From the NCBI GenBank assembly GCA_937899905.1, contig CALCCF010000031.1, positions 3,612-67,611 of the forward strand: a DNA stretch of 64,000 nt, given 5' to 3'. The stretch comes from an uncultured Phycisphaeraceae bacterium (GTDB lineage: Bacteria > Planctomycetota > Phycisphaerae > Phycisphaerales > UBA1924). A model generated the notes under the pieces. The model saw nothing but the letters and a program-made list of their open reading frames with translations, did no database searches and was not told the origin of the DNA. The position numbers were made by a program, and so were the translations under genes. Shown piece by piece: positions 38,695 to 48,300 of the stretch. Within the stretch, counting starts at the first letter, position 1, and every line of letters begins with the position of its first letter.

Positions 38695-39347
38695 CCACCA
38701 AGGCCGTCATCTTCGATGTCGACGGCGTGCTCGTGCGCACCGATGCGATGCACGAGCGGGCGTGGCGGGCGCTCGCCGAACGCGAAGGCCTTCCCTTCCC
38801 CGATGGCCTGCCCGACAAGTTGCGAGGCGTGAGCCGCGAGCGGTCGCTCGAATTGCTGCTGGGCTCCGCGAACGACCGCTACACCAATGAGCAACGCGTC
38901 GAGCTTATGCACTACAAGAACGAGCTCTTCCTCGCCGAGGTGCGCGCAATGACGCCCGCCGACGTGCTGCCTGGCGTTCGCGAACTCATCGCCGAACTTA
39001 AGAATGCCGGCATCAAGCTCGCCGCCGCCTCGGCCAGCCGAAACGCCCGGCGCGGGCTCGACCGCACCGATCTCGCGAGCAGCCTCGACGCCATCATCGA
39101 CGGAAACGACGCGCCGCTGGCCAAGCCCAACCCCCAGTGCTTCCTGCTCACCGCCCAAGCCCTCGGCGTTGCGCCCACAAACTGTATGGTCGTCGAAGAC
39201 GCCCCCGCCGGCGTCGATGCGGCGATCAACGCGGGGATGGTCGTTGTGGGCGTGGGCCCATGCGAGTCCGATCCGCGCGTTGCCGTCGGCGCGCCATCGC
39301 TGGTGGAGATCTCCGCTCAGGCGCTGGGCTGGCCGAGCAGGCTCTGA
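38691..39347 (+). CDS. pgmB: Beta-phosphoglucomutase / HAD-IA hydrolase
   Basis: VIFDVDGVLV, LRGVSRERSLELLLG, KLAAASASRNA and CMVVEDAPAGVDAAINAGM are present. There is an ATGA overlap with the mutS stop. Confidence 0.75.
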   Translation: MTTKAVIFDVDGVLVRTDAMHERAWRALAEREGLPFPDGLPDKLRGVSRERSLELLLGSANDRYTNEQRVELMHYKNELFLAEVRAMTPADVLPGVRELIAELKNAGIKLAAASASRNARRGLDRTDLASSLDAIIDGNDAPLAKPNPQCFLLTAQALGVAPTNCMVVEDAPAGVDAAINAGMVVVGVGPCESDPRVAVGAPSLVEISAQALGWPSRL

Positions 39348-39589
39348 AGCCGCTCCGTCCCGGTCGTGCCGACCCGGATGCTGATGCCATCGCGCTCGAG
39401 CAGTCCTTGGTCGAGCAGACGTTCGAGCAAGTGCTCTATCGCTTGCTCGCTTGCCTTTGCGACCCCGAGACGCTTGGCAACATCGGCCGCTCCCGAGTCT
39501 TCCCGATTGATGCACTCAAGCATGCACCACTCCTCCGCATCGGCGCGCGTCATGGCATTGTCCCGGTCGTCATTGTGGTCAGGCATCAT
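39317..39589 (-). CDS. Small winged-helix (wHTH)-like protein, translationally coupled to the upstream helicase
   Basis: The ATG at 39589 overlaps the helicase stop (ATGA). The 90-aa protein contains SGAADVAKRLGVAKASEQAIEHLLERLLDQGLLERDGISIRV, which resembles a helix-turn-helix plus wing. Its 3' end overlaps the convergent pgmB by 31 nt. Confidence 0.5.
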   Translation of the reverse strand: MMPDHNDDRDNAMTRADAEEWCMLECINREDSGAADVAKRLGVAKASEQAIEHLLERLLDQGLLERDGISIRVGTTGTERLQSLLGQPSA

Positions 39590-42291
39590 CGGGGCTCTCC
39601 TGAATGGGCGTGTAGGTCCGCGATCACGCGCGAGAGCAGGCTCATCAGCGGCCACTCACCCCGGCATTTGGCATCACTCTTTCGCTTTTGCGCGTCCTTG
39701 AGATAGGCATCGATGTCGCCGACGATGAACAGCCCCCTTTTGGCTCGCGTCAGCGCGACGTTCCACCGTTTAGGGTTGTCGAAGAACGGCGTGGGCTTGT
39801 TTCGCACGAGGCTCAGCAGCACGTAGTCCGCCTCGCGGCCCTGGCAGCTGTCCAAGGTGCATGATTCGACCGTGATGGGCGCACTGCCCAACTCCAGGTT
39901 CTCAATCGCGCGAGCGATCATCCGCTCCTGCTCGCGATAGGCCGTCAGTACCATGATCTTGGCTCCTTCGTCCGGCTTCTGCAGGCTCGAGACCTGTTCC
40001 AAAAGCCGAGAGATGGCCTCGACCTCGGCCTCGTTCGATTCGTGCGGCGTTCCGTCCGGCCGATCGACCTGGATCAACCGCACGCCGGCGAACACGTCTT
40101 CGTCCGTTCGACCGTCGAGCAACGCCTCACCGCCGTAGAACAGCCTGCGCGGCAGCCTCGAGAGGCTTGAGTGCATCCGATACTGTTTCTTCAGAACGCC
40201 GGTGAACGGCCGAACACGCCGGCACAGTTCTTGTGGCGTGCGTGACGCGAGTTCCACCATCGGCGTTGCATCGAAGTGCGCCACGTCGGGCAGGCCCAGT
40301 AGCAGGTCGTAGACCGAAACCGAGTTGGCCAACAGACGATCGGCGATGTCTTGGACGATGTGTGGGCGGGTCATGTCCAGCCCGAGCTTGTCTATCGCGT
40401 TCTGTGTGGGCAGGCACTTGGCCAGCCCCTTGCGGAATCGCACGAGCGAGAGCTTCTGCCGGGCGATGGCTTCCCACGGCTGGGCGTGGTACGTGTTGAA
40501 GCTGGTCTCGAAGATACGGGCGCCAGCCCGGCTAACCCCATCAACAAGCCGATCGTCGCTGATGGCAACCTTGCTCTCGAGCCCAATCTCGATCAGCACT
40601 CCGGCATCGTCGGTGAAGCGCTCGAGCGCCGAGTCTACTTCATCGGGCTTGCACACGAGCACACCAGACGAGATGCGATGCGGCGCATCGCGGAGAGTGC
40701 CAATACACGGCATGCCGTCCATCGCCGACTCGTTCGCGTGCCCGAGAATCGCATCGGCTACCGCGTCGGGCGATCTCGATACCACGACCAATCGGGTCTG
40801 CTGACGCTGGTGTGGCTTCTTGCGCTCGAGCACGGCTCCGACCGAACACACGAGCTCGAGCTCCGGCGGCATCACGTCTCGGAGCGTCCATGCGCATTCC
40901 TCGGCATCGCAGAATGGCGGGAGCTGTTGCGGATCGCCAACCAGCACCCAGCGCCTGGCCTTCACAGCAACACCCAGGAACTCCGGCACGGTCAGCTTCG
41001 AGACCTCGTCGATGATGAGCGTGTCGAAGGTGCCGGGCGCGGCATTGGCGACGCTGTCGTGCGAGAGGATGCCGATGGGTGTCCCGCAGATCACCGCCTG
41101 CTGCTCGGCGAGGGCCTTCGTGAGCGCACCGGTGGTCGTGTCGTCGTCGGGTACCCGGTCGAACAGTTCGCTCGCACCGTGGACGTTCGCACGGAGGATC
41201 GCTTCGACACGCCGCTCGATCGCGTGCTCGCGTGTTTGGGATGTCCGGCTCGACCAGTACATCTGGGCCCTTGGGCTCAGGCGGTTGGGCCGCGTCGCAA
41301 AGCGCACCGGCAGCGTCGCGGGATGCACGTCATCGGCCCTGTCTTCGAGCTCGGTCAGCTTTTCCACGACGTTGTCGATGGCAACGTGCGTGGGAGAGAC
41401 CACCAGCACGCGTTCGCCGCGATCGACCAGCCGCCGAATGATCGAGCCGATGACGGTCGTCTTGCCGGCTCCGGGTGGGCCATGCACCACCGCGAAGTGG
41501 TCGGTGCCGATGGCGGCGGCAACGCACGATCGCTGGTGCTCATCCAAGAGCTCACCCTCTGCCGGTGTGATGTCGCTGGGAGCACGCTCGGCGGCCTCTG
41601 GCATTTCGGCTTCCAATCCGATGAGGGCCCGCAATGGCGCGAGTGGCCCATCAACGCCCGAGCGTTCGATGGCGTCCAGCGCATCGAGCTGGCGTTCGAG
41701 CTGGACGAGGTTGGGCACGACGGCGATGGCAGCGATGCTGGCAGGGTTCCTCGGCCCCTGGGCAAGCTCCAGACCAACGACACGCTCGACCGAGCCGTGC
41801 CACTGCTTCTCAAAGCGCAGGAGCTGGACGGCCTCCGGCCTGGCGTCCAGTTCGACGAACGCCCTGGGGTGCTCGCGCAGCATCTTCGCGTGCTCGGCGG
41901 TCAGCAGCACGACCTGTCCCTCGTCCCGCACGACCGCCTGCAGCTCCTCGATGATCTCCTTCTCCCGCCCTCGATCCGTGCCGCCGTAGTCGAACTTCAC
42001 GCTGACGTGCACGCTCCCGTCCTCGTCGCCGTCAGAGTCCTCCGTCTTCCAGATCGCCGCGTTCTCGTCCATGGCGCCCCGCGGCGCATGCCGGGCGGCT
42101 TCGTCGCACAGCGCGTCGAAGATCGCAGAACCCGGGGTGGCCGGCCGTTCGCGTTCCCCATCGCCCCGGCTCGGCTCGGGCCGCGGCACGATTGCCACCA
42201 CCGGGCGGCTGAGGAGCCTCTCGATCCGGGCCTCGAGGCTGCGGCGGATGTGGTGGCTCAGCGGATCTGGCAGGTCGGGAAAGGCGATCAT
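39586..42291 (-). CDS. Upf1/DNA2-like superfamily 1 helicase (AAA_11/AAA_12 type) with an uncharacterised N-terminal domain of about 290 aa
   Basis: The ATG at 42291 lies 7 nt after AGGAG. Helicase motifs are present: VVHGPPGAGKTTVI, TLIIDEVSKL, VLVGDPQQLPPF, KKQYRMHSSL, IMVLTAYREQ, DSCQGREADYVLLSLVR, NVALTRAKRGLFIVGD. Confidence 0.85.
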   Translation of the reverse strand: MIAFPDLPDPLSHHIRRSLEARIERLLSRPVVAIVPRPEPSRGDGERERPATPGSAIFDALCDEAARHAPRGAMDENAAIWKTEDSDGDEDGSVHVSVKFDYGGTDRGREKEIIEELQAVVRDEGQVVLLTAEHAKMLREHPRAFVELDARPEAVQLLRFEKQWHGSVERVVGLELAQGPRNPASIAAIAVVPNLVQLERQLDALDAIERSGVDGPLAPLRALIGLEAEMPEAAERAPSDITPAEGELLDEHQRSCVAAAIGTDHFAVVHGPPGAGKTTVIGSIIRRLVDRGERVLVVSPTHVAIDNVVEKLTELEDRADDVHPATLPVRFATRPNRLSPRAQMYWSSRTSQTREHAIERRVEAILRANVHGASELFDRVPDDDTTTGALTKALAEQQAVICGTPIGILSHDSVANAAPGTFDTLIIDEVSKLTVPEFLGVAVKARRWVLVGDPQQLPPFCDAEECAWTLRDVMPPELELVCSVGAVLERKKPHQRQQTRLVVVSRSPDAVADAILGHANESAMDGMPCIGTLRDAPHRISSGVLVCKPDEVDSALERFTDDAGVLIEIGLESKVAISDDRLVDGVSRAGARIFETSFNTYHAQPWEAIARQKLSLVRFRKGLAKCLPTQNAIDKLGLDMTRPHIVQDIADRLLANSVSVYDLLLGLPDVAHFDATPMVELASRTPQELCRRVRPFTGVLKKQYRMHSSLSRLPRRLFYGGEALLDGRTDEDVFAGVRLIQVDRPDGTPHESNEAEVEAISRLLEQVSSLQKPDEGAKIMVLTAYREQERMIARAIENLELGSAPITVESCTLDSCQGREADYVLLSLVRNKPTPFFDNPKRWNVALTRAKRGLFIVGDIDAYLKDAQKRKSDAKCRGEWPLMSLLSRVIADLHAHSGEPR

Positions 42292-42524
42292 CAAGAGGCT
42301 CCTGGGGGTCCACAGCGTTTGAGGTCCAAGGTTGCGTTCCAAAGGACCGTGCGTGGAATCTCCACGAGCCGCGCAGCGCGAGGCCAGAATTTCTGGCGGC
42401 CTGTCCGCGAGTAGTGGTGCCCTCTTTCAGTTGGTGAAGGTGAAAGTGATGATGGGGCCGCGTGTACGCGACCAGTGCGTGACGAACGGGGCCACTTCGC
42501 CCGAAGGGCCCTCGGCTCGGTTGC

Positions 42525-43280
42525 TTACGGCCGAGAGTCCATCGCCGGCCAGCCCGGGCTAATCTCGCAGACGCCCTGCCCCCCGGCTCGCACGTCGATT
42601 TCTACTCTGGGCGCGTCCGGATCGCCGGGGATCACCTCGGCGCGCAGTTGTTCCCACATCCGGTAGCCCAGCCGTTCTGGTACTGGCGTGTCCTTTGCCA
42701 GCTGCCACGGGGGCTCGAAGTCCACATACGCGATTGCGCGGTGCATCGAGCGGCGTCCGCGCGGCGCGAGCGGGATGGTAAAGTCGCCGGGTACGTGACC
42801 GTCGGCTTGGAACAGCACCGTCGTGAAAGTCTTCCAGCGCCGACCCTCTACGTCGGCGAACCCGATGCCGGAGCGGAGAAGGTGCTGCAGTGAGTTGTTG
42901 CACACGAGGTAGCCGGTATCGTCCAAGTTGATCAGCGTGAACCACACGCTGAGCGCTTCCGTGGCGCCCCACTGGTCATCCGCGAGATCGAGTTCGTCGA
43001 GCATCACCGCCTCGTCCTGGCTGATCGTGACGAGTTCATCCCCGATTCGACGCATGTACGTGTCGGACACGATGCGCTCGATCACGATCTGGATGTTGGT
43101 GTCTTTCAGCGGGGCCACTGGAACCCACGCCTCGGCGACCACCTTCTCAGGCTCGATGGGCTGCTCGGGGCCGGCCTCTGAGCTCTGCGCGCCGGCCGTA
43201 CCCATGGCTCGTTCCGCAACGCCGAGCCCACTCGCGAGGCCGGCAGCGATCAGTATGCAGAGCAAGATCACGCTTCGCAT
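42525..43280 (-). CDS. Secreted hypothetical protein, tandem paralogue 1
   Basis: I chose the internal ATG at 43280, with GGAGC upstream. The signal is MRSVILLCILIAAGLASGLGVAERAMG. It shares IQIVIERIVSDTY, VWFTLINLDDTGYLV, FTIPLAPRGRRSM and GVCEI with the next gene. Confidence 0.6.
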   Translation of the reverse strand: MRSVILLCILIAAGLASGLGVAERAMGTAGAQSSEAGPEQPIEPEKVVAEAWVPVAPLKDTNIQIVIERIVSDTYMRRIGDELVTISQDEAVMLDELDLADDQWGATEALSVWFTLINLDDTGYLVCNNSLQHLLRSGIGFADVEGRRWKTFTTVLFQADGHVPGDFTIPLAPRGRRSMHRAIAYVDFEPPWQLAKDTPVPERLGYRMWEQLRAEVIPGDPDAPRVEIDVRAGGQGVCEISPGWPAMDSRP

Positions 43281-43318
43281 CGGTTGCTCCCCAAGACTGC
43301 CCTGTGCTCGAGCACGGC

Positions 43319-44062
43319 TCACATCGGCCCGTCGAATCGGATCTCGCACGTGCCTCGGCCACGCACGCGGAGTGTCATTTGCTCACCAAGCACACCGTCC
43401 TCGATGGGGCGAGCCAGCAAATCGCAGCGTTGAACGATGTCGTAAGACAGAGTCTCGACGGTGAGGATCGCATCCGCCTCAGCGAAGGGTGGCGCAAGTG
43501 GATCTGGTTCGTCTTCGCGCTGCAATCGTGAAAGGCCCAAGGTCATCACCATCTCGCGCTGGCCTCCAGGCGTAAGCGGGACCGTGTAGGTCTCTTCTTC
43601 GCTCCCAAAGCTGATGAAGGCCGTGGAGAAGATGCCATACGCATTGTCGAGATCGTCAGTGAAGTCCACCCTGGCTCGAAGCATGACCCACAGCGTGTGC
43701 TCGGAAATCAGATAGCCCACGTCGGTGTTGTTCACGATCGTGAACCAGACGCGCGGACCGACCGGCGAGCCATCGAGTGGATGGTCCGACCTCGGCACGC
43801 CCTTGAGCATTGCCGCTTCTTCTCTCGTGGCGGTGAACCACTCGCCGCGACTGTACTCGAACGAGTATGTCCGTGGCACGATGCGGTGGATGATCAGCTC
43901 GATATCAGCCTTCTCGATTCCAACTTTGGAATCCTGGACCGGCGTGACTACGGCTTCGGGCGTAGAACCGACGTCATGATCGCCGCTATGGGATGCTGCG
44001 GCCGCAAGCCACAAGCCAAGAGCTACAGCCGCGACACCGATCTTCCAACAGTCTGAGCGCAT
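43319..44062 (-). CDS. Secreted hypothetical protein, tandem paralogue 2
   Basis: The ATG at 44062 lies 5 nt after GGAGG. The signal is MRSDCWKIGVAAVALGLWLAAAAS. It shares IELIIHRIVPRTY, VWFTIVNNTDVGYLI, YTVPLTPGGQREM and GTCEI with paralogue 1. Confidence 0.6.
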   Translation of the reverse strand: MRSDCWKIGVAAVALGLWLAAAASHSGDHDVGSTPEAVVTPVQDSKVGIEKADIELIIHRIVPRTYSFEYSRGEWFTATREEAAMLKGVPRSDHPLDGSPVGPRVWFTIVNNTDVGYLISEHTLWVMLRARVDFTDDLDNAYGIFSTAFISFGSEEETYTVPLTPGGQREMVMTLGLSRLQREDEPDPLAPPFAEADAILTVETLSYDIVQRCDLLARPIEDGVLGEQMTLRVRGRGTCEIRFDGPM

Positions 44063-44194
44063 GGGAGCCTCCAACCGGACGGCCTAGTGGTGGTCCGACA
44101 ACGGCATTGTCGCGGAAATCGTGTCCTGATGCAAGGCAATCGCACGACTTGTGCGATGAGAACTCAAGTGCCCCCGTGCCTCTAGCTAAAACCG

Positions 44195-45391
44195 CTACTT
44201 CCGCCCTTTCGCCTTGCCCATCATCTTCGCCCGGATCGCCGCGGCCCGCTCCTCAGCGGTCTTCGGCCGGCGCGGCGCTTCCTCTGCCGGCGGTTCTTCC
44301 GCGGGCGTCTCGGCTGCCTCGGGCTCGTCGGGCTGGTGCGGGTCGGCCTCGCCGGTCTCTTCCTTGAGCAGCCGCTCGCGCGCAACCTCGTAGCACGTGG
44401 CAAGCAGGCCAACGAGCGGGAAGCCGGCGTCCTCGAAGGGGCTCGGGCCCAAGCGCCTCAGCATCGGCGTGGGCACCGGCGGCGGTTCTAAGGAGAGGTC
44501 GAGAGATTCCAGATCGGTCGTGCCCTCCCAGAAACGCTCGAGCGTCGCCTCGTCGTCGGGCAAGGCCGCGTCGCTCGCGCCCTCAACACGCGGCTGGTAG
44601 ATGGGCTTCGGGTTCGCACCGCCCGCGCTGAGCAATCGCCGATGGCTCATGCGCTCGGCTAGCTCGCCGTCAGGCAACCCGCGCAGGTGGAGCGCGACGC
44701 TTGGGTCGCCACCGATGCGTTCGCTCAGCAGCATGATCACGCAGCACACGTGCTTCGACCAGCCGCCGCCCTCGGCGATGCCCTTGGGCGTGTCCGGGCA
44801 CGTGCTGCTCAGTCGCACCGCGTCGGGCGAAGCCGGCAGAAGGTTCAGTCCGAGCGGGCTGAACACCTCTTCGACGTCCGGCGGCAATCGGCCGGCGAGC
44901 ACTTCCGCCGCGATGCGCGGCTGCTCGTTGAGCTGGTCGGCCACCTCGTCCCACTGCTCGGGCGTGAACGCGTCGACGTGGATCTGGATCTCGTATGAAC
45001 GCGTCCGCCGGCCCTGCACGGTCGCGCGAACGAGCCCGGGCTCCACCGCAAGCGTGCGCGTCTGGCCCAGCCGCGCGTACTCGAGGCCTTCTTCGATCGC
45101 GTTGGGCCCGGCGCTGAGCTCGAGCAATCGCATCAGACGCCGCTCGGGCACGCTGGCGAGTTCCTCACCCTCCTTGCGCTTCAGGCGGATGCCGCCCGAG
45201 ACCCGCCGCGGCTTGGTCGGCAGCGGCCTGGGGTGGGGGCGCAGCGGCGCGTTTGGCTTGGCCAGGCTCTCACGCATCTCGCGCATGGCCGCTTCCGTGG
45301 CATCGGGCCTAGCCGCTTCGGGTTGCGGCGCCTCGGGCTGGTCGGCCTGCCCCTCGGCCTTTCCATCGCTCTTGGGTTCCTCAGCCATCAC
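44195..45391 (-). CDS. SWIM-domain family protein (degenerate zinc ligands), partner of the SNF2 helicase
   Basis: There is a GTGA overlap with the SNF2 stop. The core EYARLGQTRTLAVEPGLVRATVQGRRTRSYEIQIHV...LSSTCPD...WSKHVCCVIMLL follows the SWIM layout. However, it reads S-x-C and SKH where the canonical motif has C-x-C and CKH. Confidence 0.65.
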   Translation of the reverse strand: MMAEEPKSDGKAEGQADQPEAPQPEAARPDATEAAMREMRESLAKPNAPLRPHPRPLPTKPRRVSGGIRLKRKEGEELASVPERRLMRLLELSAGPNAIEEGLEYARLGQTRTLAVEPGLVRATVQGRRTRSYEIQIHVDAFTPEQWDEVADQLNEQPRIAAEVLAGRLPPDVEEVFSPLGLNLLPASPDAVRLSSTCPDTPKGIAEGGGWSKHVCCVIMLLSERIGGDPSVALHLRGLPDGELAERMSHRRLLSAGGANPKPIYQPRVEGASDAALPDDEATLERFWEGTTDLESLDLSLEPPPVPTPMLRRLGPSPFEDAGFPLVGLLATCYEVARERLLKEETGEADPHQPDEPEAAETPAEEPPAEEAPRRPKTAEERAAAIRAKMMGKAKGRK

Positions 45392-48300
45392 GCCGCCTCG
45401 TCATCGCCAACGGCGTCGCCACGCAGCGTCAGCAGGTCACGCAGCTGGCCGGTGTCCAGTTCGGTCAGCCAACGCTCGCCCGCGCCCACGATCTGCTCGG
45501 CGAGCTCGGTCTTTTGCTCGATCATCGCGTCGATGCGTTCCTCCAGCGTGCCGCGCACGACGAACTTGTGCACCTGCACGCGCCGCGTCTGGCCGATTCG
45601 ATACGCGCGGTCGGTCGCCTGGTTCTCGACGGCCGGGTTCCACCAGCGATCGAAGTGGAACACGTGCGTCGCCGCGGTGAGGTTGAGACCAACACCGCCG
45701 GCCTTCAGGCTCAAGATCAGCAGGGGGGCCGTCCCGTCGGCGGACTGGAATCTGTTGATGAGCTCTTGGCGCTGCTTCTGCGTCGTGCCGCCGTGCAGGA
45801 ACAGCACCGGCTTGCCCAGTTCCTGTTGCAGCAGCGGCACGAGCAAGCGCCCCATCTGCCGGAACTGCGTGAAGAGCAGTGCCTGCTCGCTCGAAGCCAA
45901 GACCTCGTGCAGCATCTCAATCAAGCGGACGCACTTGCCGCTGCGCGTCGCGTCGGGCGCGCCGGGCTGGCCGAAGTCGTGGTCCTTCAAGAGCTGTGCC
46001 GGATGGTTGCAGATCTGCTTGAGTCGGATGAGCGTGCTGAGCACCATGCCGCGGCGGTGCATGCCCTCCACGCGATCGATGTCGCGGAGCATGGTGTTCA
46101 CGGTCGCCTCGTACAGCGCCGCCTGCTCGCTGGTGAGGTGGCAGTACTCGCGGCTCTCGACCTTCTCGGGCAGATCGCCCGCCACGCCCTCGTCGGTCTT
46201 CAGGCGACGCAAGATAAACGGCCTGACCAAGCGGCGGAGCTGCTCGCGCCGGCCCTTGTCGCTATACCGCTCGATGGGCAGGCTGAACCGCCGCCGGAAA
46301 TTGCCGATGGTGCCGAGATAACCCGGGTTGCAGAAGTCGATGATCGACCACAGCTCGCTCAGGCGGTTTTCCACCGGCGTGCCCGTGAGCGCGAGGCGGT
46401 GGTCGGCCTGCAACTGCCGAACGCTCTGGGCCTGCTTGGCCGCGGGGTTCTTGATGTTCTGCGCTTCATCCAGGATGATCCGTCGCCACGGCATCCGGCT
46501 GAGCAACTCCTGGTCGCGATGCGCGAGCGCGTACGTGGTCAGGATGACGTCGCTCTCGCTCGCCTTGGCGATGAACGCGTCTTCCTGCAAACGCTCGGCA
46601 CCATGGTGCACGAGCACCCGCAGCGACGGGCAGAACTTCCGCGCCTCGTGCTCCCAGTTGCCCAGCACACTCATGGGCACAACCGCCAGCGTCGGCGGCA
46701 CGGGCGCCGCGGCGTACGGGCCCTGCTTGTGCACGTACCGCTCGTGCGCGAGCAGTGCCAGCACCTGGATGGTCTTACCCAAGCCCATGTCGTCGGCGAG
46801 GCACGCACCGAACCCAAACCGCTCCAAGAACGACATCCATGACACGCCGCGCAGCTGGTACGGCCGAAGCTCGCCGGTAAACGTCGGCGGCGGCTCGATC
46901 TCCGGAAGCGTCTGGCTCTCCTCGCTCGAGCCGAACACCGCGCCCAGCCAGCCGCTGGTCTCGATACCGACGATGGGCAGCGCCGCACCGTCTTCATCCA
47001 TCGAGCCGTGCGCCATGCGGATCGCTTCGAGCACGGTCATCTCGCCGCCGGGGTGCTCGCGGATGAACTTCGCTGCCGCCTTCACATCCTCGGCGCGGAC
47101 CTCGGCCCACTGCCCGCCCACGCGCACGAGCGGCGTCGAGCCGTCCTTGGCCAGCTTCTCGAACTCGGCCAGTGTCAACTTCAAGCCGCCGAGAGAGATC
47201 TCCCATGAGTACCGCACCAGCGTCTGCAGCCCGAGCTGCGATCGGTGCGCGTGCGGCGATCCGGTGCCGCCCTCACCTTCGGGCACCATGCTCGCGCCCC
47301 AGCCCTCAGCATCACCCGCACCCGGGCCGGTGAGTGTCTCGAGCGGATCGCTGTCGAGCCGGAGCGTCGCGCCAACGCGAATGCTGGGCGAATCCCACCA
47401 CGGCGGCGCAACGACGGTGATGCCCTGCTCGCCGAGCACGGGTGCTGTATCGCGCAGGAACTGGTACGCCTGCTTCGTGGTCAGCTCGAGCTTGGTCGGC
47501 TCGCTCTCGCGCAGTGCCCCCTCGAGCTTGTCGAACAACCGCGACGCACGCCCGAGCTCGCTCAGCAGCAACTGCTGTGGCTCGTCGAGCTGGCGCCCCT
47601 CGATCGTCAGGCCCGTTCCAGTGAGGCTCCATACCTCGTCGGCGTCGACCTCGACATCCTCGGTGCCCACGGCCCGAAGGTGGAAGGTCAGCGCCCAACG
47701 CACATCCCCCGGCGGCGGCTGCAAATCGGGCAATTCCTCGACGTTCACCGGCTCGTGCAGCTTGAGGCACAAACGCCAGAGCGCGCTCGCGCCACGCTCT
47801 TCCAGCCGGGCCAGCCAGCGCCGCACACCACGGGCCGCATCGGTTCGCTCGGCCGGCTTGATTCCCGACTCATTCGGACCATCGAGCAGGCCCGTCAGCC
47901 ATGCGACGTGCGTGTCGTGCGTCTTGTTCTCAACGGCCTCGGCCAGCTTCTCGCGCGTGAACGTGCGACGCACCTGCGCATCGAGCGTGAGGGCCATGAA
48001 ATCGCTGAGCACGAGCCAGGGATCGTGCTCGAGGTCGTCCACGCCCGCGCTCGCCGCCAGCGGCATCGCCCGCAGAAGCTGGCTTGTCGCATTCGCCGTG
48101 TGCTCGTCGGCAAGCCACGGCTGCCAGCAACCGAGCAGTCTCCCGTCGGGGTGCTGCCGAAGGCTGGGCACGAAGCGCTGCTGGATGACGAGTTGCCGCA
48201 CCATCGACAGCGCCAGCATGAAGTGACGCGCCGACGAGCCCAACTGCACGAGCACCGGCGCATGATCGCCCGAGGCCGGCAACTCGAAACGGCCCTCGGC

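Noticed and set aside
40351-42414. A 687-aa plus-strand ORF.
   Set aside because: It is antisense to the SF1 helicase, which carries the full ordered motif set. The ORF itself has no recognisable motif.
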